A stretch of DNA of 64,000 nucleotides from a virus: positions 7,228-71,227 of the IMG/VR virus record IMGVR_UViG_3300044974_000721, one strand, 5' to 3'. Positions 29,201 through 39,592 of this stretch are shown here, piece by piece (position 1 is the first letter of the stretch; each line of letters opens with the position of its first letter). A program made the translations under genes and the position numbers. The notes beneath the pieces are model-generated. The model saw nothing but the letters and a program-made list of their open reading frames with translations, was not told where the DNA came from and made no database searches.

Positions 29201-29823
29201 TTGTATTAATCGCGGGCACACAACTAATGCGCGGCGCTAACGGATTACTTGTACCTAATGTCGGTTCTTCTGGTTCTTATCTCGGTTACGATTTATCCCG
29301 CTCCCCTAATCTTTCCCCCGCTGCTTCTTACTCTGGTTCTCTTGTAAGAAATGTTATTTCCGTTGATACTTTAACTACAGGTAGTTATTTAGATAGAATG
29401 TCTGATGCAGGTATAGAAGTCTTACTTTTTGATTCTAATCTCGGCGGCTTCCGTTTCTGCAATGGGTTAACTACTAGCAGACAACTTGCTAAACGCTATC
29501 GCTCTATTAGCCGTACTTTAGACCAAGTTAAAACTGATCTATATCTTGCTCTTCAATGGTGCCGTTCTAGACCTAATACTCCCGCTCTACAGTCTGAAGT
29601 TGCTAGCTCCTGTGACACTTACCTCTATTCTAAACTTAGAGACGGTTGGTTTACTAATCTAGAACCTACTATCTGCTCTGCTGCTAATAATACTGTACGA
29701 GACCAGCTTGAAGGTCGTCTTAATATACGTATTCGCTTTACACCTTCCTTCCCCGCTGATAATATAATAGTTTCTACTATTATGGATATAAGTGATGACC
29801 TTACTATTCAAACCTCAGTTTAA
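26269..29823 (+). CDS. Tail sheath protein with large internal insertion
   Basis: N-terminal GVVGTFSRGP...P..V...F...YG; central A.TPG.HGN.I; C-terminal NNT..DQLEGRLNIRIRFTPSFPADNI sheath motifs; 1184 aa. Confidence 0.9.
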   Translation: MPAPSIKFIDSLVGPSPVTKQWRDLVGVVGTFSRGPEIPIEVEDIKTFASTYGVDSSTGSLFVQQAMANGLNRFVVVRSSASSNPASSKITFSSESPQLSPQVGFVRVGNSLEPSSQRTTGFKLDFNYIGKPIVTNSIYTTVDTRRGQVNLPSFQGIARFNFFVTKAVEGRSSSNILHSESNLNSLTIEVDTVHSPSPGYIVGLIKKDALNYSLLKEYIRPGYSLTLVAETPSDDLIIASSIIENYSLDYDAILLRSDKKHSHVVWGLAQGIENTTTSSSKLRVGKIRTILGNYSSQVSTGTPSVETSTFKALKQMVLLIDGKEYTQSSAPVAITTGVYPINTSVATENSTGQDLPFSFDDLIDESISEATNLENIDGTSFEFSLSGSIPSIQGGSSVSFLPVVETVTNSNNSSTFTVTGLFSALLTNSTDAKRLQSSTKDNYYIVINNIKYSITQVAASTDDHKLDITVAGTVSGVEGKAVYIYYEPNTADQSFQIRAPRVAQYVLGYSFDSQSGSLGNDYFTLRQDYNTGTYNVALDNTFLLTEMSAGRYISFGYFIKPLFETEFDNKAYPLNTKSFGIELIFGAQSNNISSLPLAEGGSFSVPFAKTSISVGSSTSTSATSFKDGDSFTEIVKDFESALRSNNIISSLINNITIEESILVNGLQEFRPTITLNSTHSGDQANRINWSLTRYTTDASTVTEANKVKDVILGNSIGNFGKIHYFEGGYNGSQAAFRDLYSADGTLLWRIEAVTPGVHGNNISCSVRNQKTSGKNSSFELEVQDLNTTVIASDSRFVTTVTTANLDFTTGRSLAFSTTSLVQIYFMPVVNSLARNVTIDSTHKVFRLVPQRLAPPLQRISSAFSGGDTGFSRQGASVLSLFYLSNGSDSTQQNPSKQSLAQGLVKGITSLDSINLACLALPGIYYGDPDFDAVFEKAIDSVNKSTPESGLRSAVFELPPGIDPDRAKLLADRLDNERIVLIAGTQLMRGANGLLVPNVGSSGSYLGYDLSRSPNLSPAASYSGSLVRNVISVDTLTTGSYLDRMSDAGIEVLLFDSNLGGFRFCNGLTTSRQLAKRYRSISRTLDQVKTDLYLALQWCRSRPNTPALQSEVASSCDTYLYSKLRDGWFTNLEPTICSAANNTVRDQLEGRLNIRIRFTPSFPADNIIVSTIMDISDDLTIQTSV

Positions 29824-29864
29824 CACTCATACCTTTATAACCTATACTTTAAAACATAATTATT

Positions 29865-30554
29865 ATGGCTAATACTAATAATAGAATTGTTGTTAATAAC
29901 GCGACTTTAGACCCTATTCAAGGTTTTCACCTAAATGTTTACATGAATGACCAAGCAAACGGTGAGCCAGTTTTAGTTGGAGGATTTACCTCTTTCCAAA
30001 AAACTATGCGTAACGCTACTGAAGCTTATATGCCTTTTGGACGTAAAACCCCCCGCTTGTTAGATGGCGAGTTTCAGTATGGTTGGGTCCTTGAACGTGG
30101 CCTATTAGATATAGGTATATTAAAAGACGTTTTTGGAGTTGACGAAGTTGGACCTGAGTTTAAAGCTGACCCAACTCCTCGATTTGTTATAACTGTTGAA
30201 GTAAATGCACCAGAATTAGACCAGAAGGGAGTAAATTTTCCTATTAGGGGTAGTCGTAACCAAAGCGGTTCTAATAACGGCGGCCGCGCAAGAAATGCTA
30301 GCGGAAAATATCAACTTATCTATGCTAAAATTGACTCAGTTACTTTAGGGGCAATGGCAGGTCGCTCTGTAGTAGCTACTAGATTTGAAGGCCTGTGCGA
30401 AAGTATTAGATTTATTGATAATAGCGCAAATAATGGCCTTCTACCAACCTCTAGTGAGAGATTAGGAGTTAAAGATCCTCAGCTAGATGGCCGTCCTCGT
30501 ACAGTTGCTACTGGTAATAATGCCGGTACCGGCCAAAATTATTTATATACTTAA
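29865..30554 (+). CDS. Tail tube protein
   Basis: Follows the sheath gene; VGGFTS, Y.PFG...P..LDG......LERG tube-like pattern. Confidence 0.8.
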   Translation: MANTNNRIVVNNATLDPIQGFHLNVYMNDQANGEPVLVGGFTSFQKTMRNATEAYMPFGRKTPRLLDGEFQYGWVLERGLLDIGILKDVFGVDEVGPEFKADPTPRFVITVEVNAPELDQKGVNFPIRGSRNQSGSNNGGRARNASGKYQLIYAKIDSVTLGAMAGRSVVATRFEGLCESIRFIDNSANNGLLPTSSERLGVKDPQLDGRPRTVATGNNAGTGQNYLYT

Positions 30555-30602
30555 CAGCTTTTATTATCTTCAAAGTTTATAGTATAGTAGTATAATAGTA
30601 TT

Positions 30603-30634
30603 AAGGGGGTATACCTACCCCCTTTATTATTTTT
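30603..30634 (+). terminator. Intrinsic terminator-like hairpin after the tube gene
   Basis: aagggggta-tacc-taccccctt stem-loop followed by a T-rich tract. Confidence 0.65.
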
Positions 30635-30645
30635 ATTTAGTTTTT

Positions 30646-32586
30646 ATGCCAAACGTACAAGCTAGGTTTAGTGCCGACCCCCAAAAACCTGTTTTAGGAA
30701 GCTCTTTTCATCAACAAGCAGACGGTCAAGTTCCTGTCTGTTTTATTACCGATATAAGTAACAATATACTTATACAACATAAACCAACAGAGACAAGTAA
30801 GTGGGTTGTATCAAGATCAAGAATAAATATTACTAGGCTATGGGCTTGCTCTACAGCTTTTATAAAGTGTGTTTGCGCTATACCAGATAATGATGTCCCT
30901 ACTCCCCCTTTAACAAATAAACCCGTATTTAGACCAAAACCCCAAGATCCTAGTTCTACTGAAATAATAAAAGACGACGCTAGTACTCCTTACCCATTAG
31001 GTATAGGAGATGAAATCTGTGTTTATTTTGGTTATTTAAATAACATTTCTGAAGATATAAAAACTGAGGACATAGGGGCTAAATTTAGAAGAGTTTTTAT
31101 AGGGGGTATTGACACTATTACAGAAGCTAGTAACTTTAATGAGGGCGTTACCTTAGCTATAGAATGCAGGGATAGAATGAAATATTTAATGGATTCTATT
31201 TCTAATTATAACCCTGCTGATACTTCTAAACCTTCACTCGCAGAAAGTGAACGCAATAAGGCCAGAAGCCAAGTAATTCTAGAAATTGCTAGATCCGCTG
31301 TAGGAGACTTCACTGACAGCACTAGTTGTACTACTAACGGGTGTGGGTATAAAATACAACAACAAGCTGCTAGTGGTAATGATTATACAGACATAGATTA
31401 TTTTTATACTTCTAGTGTGAAGGGAAGTTTAGCTGTTATAGATGGAAATAAGAAACAACCACCTGTTTCTATAATGCCTATATTCTATATTCAAAGTACT
31501 AGACAGGATTATGGGGGGGAGGATAAACTCAATTATACTATAGTTGTTGATAGATTACCTATTGATTATTTAAAGTATATGTCTCTGCAAGAGATCTATT
31601 ACACTGAAGTATTTGCTCATAACGTTACTGGAGATTATTACTATTCTGCCAGATTTGTTAGTACAGAAGGCTTAAACAATCCTAAACTCTTATATAGAAC
31701 TTATTTTAATAGGATAACTCCTCCCGGTTTAGGCAAGCTATACAATAAAGATAATTCTATAGACAATTTACATCCTAGTCAAATAGCAATAGCTTATCAA
31801 GAAGAAAACAGTTTAATCTCTTGGAGATCAAATGTAATTATTAAAAATGATGCTACTGGTACTAGTCCATCATCTAACTTTCTTCATGTTAAAAGTACCC
31901 CTGCAAGATTTGAGAAGAGAGGTTTTCCCTGTAGCTATGTTTTTATCACCGATTCTACTTTAAGTAAACCAGCTGAGTATGCTGCGACTGCTATTGCTTA
32001 TATACGCCGTGTTGGTAAGCCTGTTAGAGCGGCTGAGCTACATTTACTAGGAGACCCTAGTTTATCCCCTGGAGAACTTATTCAGGTTATTGGCTCTATG
32101 CCTAAAAATACCACTACCCCTCAAGACCAAAAAACTCTTTTAGAAGAATCTTTTAAACAAAGACAAAATGCTATGTCTTATGCCAATCTTTACAAACAAG
32201 AGATTAAAGAGATAGTAAGCGCTATTGACAGAGATGTATCTGTAACTGAAAGTTCATCTTCTGAGTCTACCTCTATTTCTGTTAATGGTATAAAAACAAC
32301 AGGTAGCGTGACAGTACAAACTATAACTGAAAGTACAAACATTTATTGCTCTGCTACTACTAACTCCTCCACTGAAGCCACGGAAAACCAATCCTCTGCT
32401 ACTACTGACTCTCCCACTGAAGCCACGGAAAACCAATCCTCTGCTACTAGTGAGAGCTCTAACATAGCTGATATAACTGTACTAGAGGATATAGATAGTA
32501 TGTGGAGAATAGAGAATGTTCAACACCAATTTAATGACGGCAAACCAGGTTTTTACAGTATATTAGCATTAACAAATCCTTATTGA
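30646..32586 (+). CDS. Baseplate hub protein (gp27/gpD-like)
   Basis: GDEICVYFGY, VFIGGIDTI, IECRDRMKYL, LLGDPSLSPGELIQV and WRIENVQHQF..GF.S.L motifs of hub proteins. Confidence 0.8.
   Translation: MPNVQARFSADPQKPVLGSSFHQQADGQVPVCFITDISNNILIQHKPTETSKWVVSRSRINITRLWACSTAFIKCVCAIPDNDVPTPPLTNKPVFRPKPQDPSSTEIIKDDASTPYPLGIGDEICVYFGYLNNISEDIKTEDIGAKFRRVFIGGIDTITEASNFNEGVTLAIECRDRMKYLMDSISNYNPADTSKPSLAESERNKARSQVILEIARSAVGDFTDSTSCTTNGCGYKIQQQAASGNDYTDIDYFYTSSVKGSLAVIDGNKKQPPVSIMPIFYIQSTRQDYGGEDKLNYTIVVDRLPIDYLKYMSLQEIYYTEVFAHNVTGDYYYSARFVSTEGLNNPKLLYRTYFNRITPPGLGKLYNKDNSIDNLHPSQIAIAYQEENSLISWRSNVIIKNDATGTSPSSNFLHVKSTPARFEKRGFPCSYVFITDSTLSKPAEYAATAIAYIRRVGKPVRAAELHLLGDPSLSPGELIQVIGSMPKNTTTPQDQKTLLEESFKQRQNAMSYANLYKQEIKEIVSAIDRDVSVTESSSSESTSISVNGIKTTGSVTVQTITESTNIYCSATTNSSTEATENQSSATTDSPTEATENQSSATSESSNIADITVLEDIDSMWRIENVQHQFNDGKPGFYSILALTNPY
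32350..32449. repeat. 45-bp tandem repeat (SATT(N/D)S(S/P)TEATENQS) in the hub gene
   Basis: ctgctacta recurs at 32351, 32396 and 32441. Confidence 0.9.
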
Positions 32587-32587
32587 T

Positions 32588-34804
32588 ATGGCAGCCCTAA
32601 ATATATCTCCTTTAGTAACACAAAGCCTTAGGCACAATAAAGTTCCAGACAAGATAGTTTTTGGTAGGGTTATAAAAGGGCCAACTGAACTAAAACTTAA
32701 CAGAGCTATTGTATATTTAATAGCCGATGGTTCTAAAATTGAAGTAGAATTATCAGCGGCGGTTGCAGACCAAAATCCAAAACCAGGAGATTTAGTAGCT
32801 ATACTTTTTTCTGCGGCGGACCAAGGACTAAATCCTTTAATTATAAACTCCTACAATGTTAAGGATGAAAACACACTAAGAGATTCCGCATTTAAAGATA
32901 TTAAAGATGGTAAAAGTGACGAGCTTTTACTACCCCCTAAGATATATAATCCGACAGAATTGTCTACTGCGGGCTATTCTCTCCCAAACGTAGGGTTTAG
33001 GAGGTCAAAGAATAAAAATGATATATTAAAACTTACATTTGAAGCAGACACTAAAGAAGGTATAAAGGTTTTTGCACCAGGTAACAAAGAGTTTAAACTA
33101 AATGGAGACCTGGTTCACGCACAGACAGAGGAGGGAGATATTGCTCTTAGTTTAAAAGACAAATATCAAACTCCAACTCAGAAAGAAGCTAGGATAAAGA
33201 AGCAGGAAGAAGATATAAAGAATCTACAGACAGCTTTAAACTTCCAGCAGGCAAACTATGTTAACCGTTTAATAAAAGACGACGGGACTATTAACATTGA
33301 AGTTTTTAAGAAAGATGATAATTATACTCTATACACTGATACTGAAGTAACACAAGCCTTTGCAAAAATATATACAACCAAATCAGCTAGTGAAAATAAA
33401 GAGTTACAAGCATATCTAAAGAGGCTTAGAGAAGTAACTAAGTGTATGGAGGAGACTGCTAAACAGTCTAAAAAAAAGACTAAGACTTTTCTAGAACAGG
33501 TTGGAGATGAATTTGTTAATCAAGTACTATTAGGAGTAGCTAAAGAGTTTGCATTAACTGCTTTAAACAGTGTATTACCGGACTATCTTAAAGTAAATAT
33601 AGTTATAGAAAGAGATGAGAATGGGGATGTTTTTGTAAAAAACTTTTCTATTGGGCAAATAGTGTATGACGTTAGGGAAGATACTGTAACTGTAGGCGGC
33701 GACATCTTTAACCCTTTTATAAACTCTGGTGTAGATGAGGTTAATAAGTTATTACCCCCCTTTCTTCAAGTAAGCGCATCAGAATTAGGCTTAGAAGTTG
33801 GTGATATTGTAATAAGAAAAAATGAGCTTGAACAAGATACTCAAAAAGAATATAGAGTTAGAGATGATATTATAGTAGTTAATGGTAACGCAACTACTTA
33901 TATACAAATGCGCGGACAGAAGTTTAACTTAGGTAGAGCATCAGATATATATGTCGATAGAACAATAAGTTACGGCTTAGACGAGCTTAACAAAAACCTA
34001 CCAGACTTATTTCACGTATCTGTTAGCAGAGACCCAGATGATAATTCTAGAGTTTTTGAATCCGGTCCCTTTACTATAAAGGCAAGCGGTAAGAACGCCG
34101 GGCTATCCGTTGACCAAGAAAAACTAACACAAACTATAGAGCAGCTACCTAATGAACTATTAAATCAGGTCCCAGCTCCTCTACAAGGTACCGCTAGAGC
34201 TTTATGGAGTCAAGCTAGTAAATATATAGTAGATGATATTTTATATAGCAAAGCAACTGAAGCTAAACGAGAACGAGAACGAAAAGAAAAAGAAATAGCT
34301 ACAACCTTTGTTAAAAAACAAAACAACCTCCTAAAGAGAAAGCAAGCCCTTGAGAGTGCTGAACAAAGTTTACTAGTAGATAAAGAGTTATTAGAAATCA
34401 ATAAGCAAATTCTAAAAGATAAAAAAGAAGAATCGTATCTTTATAGTAAAGATAGTATAGATAAAACACAAAAAGAAATAGATCGGCTTACAAAAAAAAT
34501 AGAGGCTGAAGAAAAAAGAATACCAGAAGAAAAACTTAGTATTCAGACAGAGGAACAGAGACTAGCTAAGATTGAGCCTGATATCTCTCCTGAGTTAATT
34601 GCACAGGCTCAACAAGAAGAAGCTTCAACTGTAGCCGCGCGCTATGATGCCTGCGTCGCTACTCTTAAAAGTGATACCCCAAAAACCAAACCTATAGCAG
34701 GTACAGCTGTTGGCGCACCTTTAGCTCCCCCAGGGCAGTCCCCTAGTGCACCTCGTTTAAGCCCGGGTAACCCTGCCTCCTCCCGACTTGCTTCTACCCC
34801 TTAA
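32588..34804 (+). CDS. Putative baseplate spike-associated protein (N-terminal OB-fold-like, C-terminal coiled coil)
   Basis: GRV...PKPGDLVAILF......PLII resembles the gp5/gpV OB fold; follows the hub gene. Confidence 0.5.
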   Translation: MAALNISPLVTQSLRHNKVPDKIVFGRVIKGPTELKLNRAIVYLIADGSKIEVELSAAVADQNPKPGDLVAILFSAADQGLNPLIINSYNVKDENTLRDSAFKDIKDGKSDELLLPPKIYNPTELSTAGYSLPNVGFRRSKNKNDILKLTFEADTKEGIKVFAPGNKEFKLNGDLVHAQTEEGDIALSLKDKYQTPTQKEARIKKQEEDIKNLQTALNFQQANYVNRLIKDDGTINIEVFKKDDNYTLYTDTEVTQAFAKIYTTKSASENKELQAYLKRLREVTKCMEETAKQSKKKTKTFLEQVGDEFVNQVLLGVAKEFALTALNSVLPDYLKVNIVIERDENGDVFVKNFSIGQIVYDVREDTVTVGGDIFNPFINSGVDEVNKLLPPFLQVSASELGLEVGDIVIRKNELEQDTQKEYRVRDDIIVVNGNATTYIQMRGQKFNLGRASDIYVDRTISYGLDELNKNLPDLFHVSVSRDPDDNSRVFESGPFTIKASGKNAGLSVDQEKLTQTIEQLPNELLNQVPAPLQGTARALWSQASKYIVDDILYSKATEAKRERERKEKEIATTFVKKQNNLLKRKQALESAEQSLLVDKELLEINKQILKDKKEESYLYSKDSIDKTQKEIDRLTKKIEAEEKRIPEEKLSIQTEEQRLAKIEPDISPELIAQAQQEEASTVAARYDACVATLKSDTPKTKPIAGTAVGAPLAPPGQSPSAPRLSPGNPASSRLASTP

Positions 34805-34888
34805 CAAACTCTTAGTATTTTACTAAACTAAGTTTACTTTATACGTTAAATACTTGTTAAGTTCATAACCACTAACTCTATTACTTTT

Positions 34889-35518
34889 ATGTTTAAATCA
34901 TATACTAATACTATTACACCCCCACCAGCTTTCTTAGATGAGGACGAAGATACTGATACTCTCTTAGTAGACAAACTTTACCTTTATTCTGTTAGATTTC
35001 CGACTGAAGTAGTTAAAGCATATAGCAATCTTATTACTTATTCCTCTTTCTATGATCTCTTTGATCTTGTTCTTTTTTCTTGCCCTGATTCCCTTTTTGG
35101 TATCCCTGTCTGTTCTCTTCAGTTTTTTATTACTAAATCTCTTAACTCTACTTTTATTCAATCTTTTAAGTATAGCAGCTCCTACATCGAACAAACTATT
35201 AAGTCTTTAACTTCACAATCTTTACTTCAACAGTATCTTGAAACTTTTCTTCTACTTAAACCTTTTAGTATTGATTCTTTCCTTAAAGACCCTATGTACC
35301 TTATCGACTGGTGTTTGCTTATTGACCCTTCTTATACTAGTATCTTACAACCTATTAAAGATAGAGATATTAATAAGTTCTTTATAGAACTAGTAAATAA
35401 ATCTAGTAACTGCTATATTACTATACATACCAAACCTCTATCTGACTTGCTAGAAAACATCCAACGATATTATTTTAATTACGTTTTAGGAGCAATACCA
35501 GTTCATGGTACAGTATAA
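34889..35518 (+). CDS. Hypothetical protein
   Basis: 209-aa ORF in the baseplate cluster. Confidence 0.6.
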   Translation: MFKSYTNTITPPPAFLDEDEDTDTLLVDKLYLYSVRFPTEVVKAYSNLITYSSFYDLFDLVLFSCPDSLFGIPVCSLQFFITKSLNSTFIQSFKYSSSYIEQTIKSLTSQSLLQQYLETFLLLKPFSIDSFLKDPMYLIDWCLLIDPSYTSILQPIKDRDINKFFIELVNKSSNCYITIHTKPLSDLLENIQRYYFNYVLGAIPVHGTV

Positions 35519-36617
35519 AGTTGGTTTACCTTTATCTCCGTATAGCCAGAAATTTGGCTATGAAATACCAGAGCGCCTTTCTACAGAACAATGGCGCAGT
35601 ATTGATATAACTTTAGCTCAGGCTAATTTACAAGAACAAGCATCTAAATACAACCCCCTTAACCTAAAATCTCCTACTCTTCTTAACTATAGAGATTATT
35701 TTGTATATAAAGCCTATGAGCATTTTATAAGAAATACTCAGTACTCAGATACACAAGAAACTTCTTTAACTAATAAGGCTGTACAAACATGGCAAACTCT
35801 CTCTTTTGATGATATATGGCCCTATACCGGCCCTAGTATAGCAGAGTTGAAAGACCCCCCTACTTATGGTGGGGAGCTCGGCTCTTTAGCTTATTACAGC
35901 CAGTACGTTGATAGCGAGCTGCCTTTTCCTCTAGTTATAGAAGAAACTCTAAAATTTATATGGTCTATCTGTGGCTCAAACTATGATAAATTACCTAACC
36001 AACGCTTGCTAGATATTGTTAATGATTGTGGCTTTACTCCTGAAATTGTTAATCTGATAGAAACCTACAGCAAAGCCCTCTTTGATTTACAACCTACTTC
36101 AAAAGAATATTTCCTTTTAGTCTACGCCAGAACGCGCGCTGTAATTCCTTCCTCTTTCTCTAATCTTTTACTTCGCGTTCTTTTCCACGAATACCAACCT
36201 GAAATCTTTAGCTCCGTCCTCCCTTTAGTTCCTGTTATACAACAAGATAAGACTCAAAATGCTCTCTATAATGTCTCTCGCTTACTCCCTCCTTCTGGCT
36301 TTATTCTCCTCTTTCAATCCCTTATCTGTGAATCTTATATACGCTGCGCTTTGTTTATAACTTACCTCGACCCCTCTTTCTACTCCCTTTCCCTTGCACA
36401 AATTGAATCTTCTAAAGAGTTTAACTTTATTACCCTTCAAATCTCTCGTCTACTCTGTCTCGCTTTTGATTCTTTATCCGCTTTATCCGCTTTCTCTACT
36501 TTTACTCAAACTGATTCTGAACTCTCTTCTATCCAAAAAGATATAACTGCTTGGCTCGCTTTGTCTAAATCTACTATCTCTGATAAAGATGATTACAGGT
36601 TGTACTCTTTTGTATAA
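35505..36617 (+). CDS. Hypothetical protein
   Basis: 370-aa ORF overlapping the upstream gene. Confidence 0.65.
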   Translation: MVQYKVGLPLSPYSQKFGYEIPERLSTEQWRSIDITLAQANLQEQASKYNPLNLKSPTLLNYRDYFVYKAYEHFIRNTQYSDTQETSLTNKAVQTWQTLSFDDIWPYTGPSIAELKDPPTYGGELGSLAYYSQYVDSELPFPLVIEETLKFIWSICGSNYDKLPNQRLLDIVNDCGFTPEIVNLIETYSKALFDLQPTSKEYFLLVYARTRAVIPSSFSNLLLRVLFHEYQPEIFSSVLPLVPVIQQDKTQNALYNVSRLLPPSGFILLFQSLICESYIRCALFITYLDPSFYSLSLAQIESSKEFNFITLQISRLLCLAFDSLSALSAFSTFTQTDSELSSIQKDITAWLALSKSTISDKDDYRLYSFV

Positions 36618-36647
36618 GAATTATTATGTTACTAAAGGGCTTATTTT

Positions 36648-38453
36648 ATGGCAAAACAATTTTCGGGTAATACCGTAGAGAGTACAAAAACTATTCCTGG
36701 GATAGGCAGCTTAAAAACTATAAACATAACCTGTGATAACCCTATCTGCACTAAATCTACTGTTATACGTGTGTCTGGCGCTAATCCAGACGCTTATAAG
36801 TTAATTCCTGTCTATACCGGAGATATAACACCACAGGTTACTATTACTATTAACAACAGCTCGGCTAATAGTTCTCTCCATAACATTGAATTTGATTCCG
36901 AAGGTCAAGTCCAAGTCTATGCTGTCCCCTCTGATTACCCTAAAGAATATGCTCTTTTCTCTCAGCTTTCTTCTATTAATAACTACAGCCGCTCTGTCTC
37001 TATCTCTTGCTCTAAACCCTCTTCCTCCCTCTCTAACTCCTCTACCTCTCTTAACTCTTCTACTTTTTCTGTCGATAACGATTTAAAAACTGCTAATAAC
37101 CTCAGTAAGTGCTTCCCTAATACTAAGCCTAAATTTAATCAAAAGCCTGACCATAACTACATCAAAGCCGCTTATTATGAAGAAGACCACTGCGTATCTA
37201 AACAAGTTAATAACTTATATAGCCTCGCAGGTGTTTCTTTTAATGTTAAAGATAATCACGTTGATAATGACTTACAAGCTATAACTAACTGGATTAAAAG
37301 TCTTAACCCTTCAAACAGACATAAAAACAGTGTCGATTATCTAAAAGGATATAAGACTCAACTAGATTCTTCTAATAATAAATGGAATGTATGGGTTCAA
37401 GACTCTAAAAATCTATACTCCAAAGACAGGCATATCCAAACCTATCAGTCCTATTTCTGTAAAACATACACTACTCTTTTTAACTGTGATAGAGACTTTT
37501 CTATTAATACTCCTTTATTTTATGTTAACAGCAGTACCACTGCCTTTAAAAGCTCTTGTTTTACCCTCATTAGCGATATTAATAGACTAAATGCACAATA
37601 TAAGTGGGATTCAGTAGACTCTTTATATACTACACGAACATCAACTAAAATAGATTACTGCAGTGAAGGACTATATCAGTATCTAAATAAACATTATGTA
37701 AAATGTGATGGGGAAGTAGTTCTATCTTCTTACTCTAAATCTGAAGAAATACTAACAACTTCTTCCTTAGAAGCACTAAGCTCTACTACTACTTGTCTTA
37801 AAGACTATACCGTAAGAGCCCATCAGTTAGTCTACCATCAATCCTATAAAGACTTGTATTCTATCTCTAAGAAAGACTCTAAGTATATATCCGGCGGCGA
37901 ATCTATCTACTCTAGTAAGGAGTCTACTACTATTGTTTCTGGCGGAGAAACCTATATAACATCCTATAAGGATATACAAGTATCTGCTACTAATATTTTA
38001 GCTTTAGATGGAAGTACAGTTCGTATTGGTATGGGCGCTTCTCGTAAAGTTACTTATAATTTAGATACTAATAAATTTGAGTCAACCTCTGAGGCAACTG
38101 GTTTACCTCCTACTAATACTAGCCCCGCTCAATCCGCTAGTACTGCCGCTTCCTCAGATTCTAATGTCCCCTCCTCTATCGTTCCTACTAGCCCTTCTAC
38201 TAATACAAACTCTGTTAAGGACCAAGAAGTAAAATCTTCTATAGAAGATGTTATAAGCCCTAAAGCCGTTGCAGACGCAGCTAGCGGTAATACTAGTACA
38301 GCAGTCTCAGAACTTAGCAGTAAAGGTCTTTCTATGGCCTCTAGTACTATCTCTAAGCTATTCTCTAAAACAGATAAACCTAAACCTTCATCTCCACCTA
38401 ACCCCCCGTCTGTCTCTACTCCTCCTCCGGTTAAACCTACTACCTTAGTCTAA
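36648..38453 (+). CDS. Putative baseplate spike-like protein
   Basis: 601 aa; short beta-repeat stretch ISGGESIYSSKESTTIVSGGETYITSYKDIQVSATNILALDGSTVRIG resembles spike beta-helix C-termini. Confidence 0.4.
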   Translation: MAKQFSGNTVESTKTIPGIGSLKTINITCDNPICTKSTVIRVSGANPDAYKLIPVYTGDITPQVTITINNSSANSSLHNIEFDSEGQVQVYAVPSDYPKEYALFSQLSSINNYSRSVSISCSKPSSSLSNSSTSLNSSTFSVDNDLKTANNLSKCFPNTKPKFNQKPDHNYIKAAYYEEDHCVSKQVNNLYSLAGVSFNVKDNHVDNDLQAITNWIKSLNPSNRHKNSVDYLKGYKTQLDSSNNKWNVWVQDSKNLYSKDRHIQTYQSYFCKTYTTLFNCDRDFSINTPLFYVNSSTTAFKSSCFTLISDINRLNAQYKWDSVDSLYTTRTSTKIDYCSEGLYQYLNKHYVKCDGEVVLSSYSKSEEILTTSSLEALSSTTTCLKDYTVRAHQLVYHQSYKDLYSISKKDSKYISGGESIYSSKESTTIVSGGETYITSYKDIQVSATNILALDGSTVRIGMGASRKVTYNLDTNKFESTSEATGLPPTNTSPAQSASTAASSDSNVPSSIVPTSPSTNTNSVKDQEVKSSIEDVISPKAVADAASGNTSTAVSELSSKGLSMASSTISKLFSKTDKPKPSSPPNPPSVSTPPPVKPTTLV

Positions 38454-38494
38454 CTTTTTTACTAACCTCTACGTAACAGAAACCTTCTTGTATA

Positions 38495-39133
38495 ATGGAT
38501 AACTCTATTTTTGAACCAGCTTCTAGTTTTATTGCTAATAAATATAACCCTACCGAACACTACTCTATTACTAGTCTTGACCTCTCTAACCCCTCTAAAC
38601 CTCTAGCTGTCCTCTCCCCTACCTCTACTTTTGTTATCCCAAAACCGGGTCAGCTAGTCTCTTTTCTTAACGGTACTTGTACTTTCTATATAGATTCTAT
38701 TTCTTCCGGTATTAAAGCTGTATATGTCAGTGGTGATACTGCACAGCTAAAAGAAAAAGATTTAGGTACAATACAAAATATATATAAACCACAAGATATA
38801 AGATATAAGATTATAAACAAAACTGCAAAGCTGGGAGCGTTAAAGGTAAAGGTAAATACTCCTGTGCATCATAAGGATGGTTACTTAGGATGGACACTAT
38901 ATTTATATGACAGCGTGCTATTAGTAGGAAATGATCTTAATTCTAAAGGCTATATAGAGTTTTATGGTTCTTCAGTATGGGAGCCTGGTTTATATAGAAT
39001 AGTAGTATCAGCTTATGACCAATACACTAAGGGACTATTAAATATAGCTGATAAAGAAATTGAAATTACAGCCCCCGCTGCTTCCTTTGATATCGGCACT
39101 CCTTATTCCCTCCATAAACCTATAACCTTTTAA
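38495..39133 (+). CDS. Hypothetical virion protein
   Basis: 212-aa beta-rich ORF in the baseplate cluster. Confidence 0.6.
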   Translation: MDNSIFEPASSFIANKYNPTEHYSITSLDLSNPSKPLAVLSPTSTFVIPKPGQLVSFLNGTCTFYIDSISSGIKAVYVSGDTAQLKEKDLGTIQNIYKPQDIRYKIINKTAKLGALKVKVNTPVHHKDGYLGWTLYLYDSVLLVGNDLNSKGYIEFYGSSVWEPGLYRIVVSAYDQYTKGLLNIADKEIEITAPAASFDIGTPYSLHKPITF

Positions 39134-39156
39134 CCTCTTAACCTCTTAATCCCTTT

Positions 39157-39567
39157 ATGCGTGGCTTAATCTTTACACAAGGTGATTTGTCCCTTGATTG
39201 GGTATACTACCCCCAAATCTTTCAACACGAAGTCTCTACCCGTCTTTCTACTAATCCCTCTTCCTACTCCAGATACTGCCTTCTAACTACTGTCGACGAC
39301 AATGACCAACCCTCTTATAATATCTTCCCCCTCGACGAAAACTACGGCTGCTATCTCAGTTCTTTCCTCTCTGTCCCTGAATCAGAACTCAATGACTCCG
39401 AAATTCAAGATACTATCCAATCCTCTCTCTCTCTAGACCCTAGAGTTACTTTTATCTCCTCTGATTATATTGGTAATGGTAATATCTCTGTTACATATAA
39501 ACCCTCTGACTCCTTTGACCCAACTGACTCTAACTCTTTTACTTCTACTATAGTTAATAACTCTTAG
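39157..39567 (+). CDS. Baseplate wedge protein (gp25/gpW-like)
   Basis: 136 aa; YG..L...L......I...IQSSLSLDPRV; directly before baseplate J. Confidence 0.7.
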   Translation: MRGLIFTQGDLSLDWVYYPQIFQHEVSTRLSTNPSSYSRYCLLTTVDDNDQPSYNIFPLDENYGCYLSSFLSVPESELNDSEIQDTIQSSLSLDPRVTFISSDYIGNGNISVTYKPSDSFDPTDSNSFTSTIVNNS

Positions 39568-39592
39568 CTCTTTCTCTTCTATTCTTACTTAT

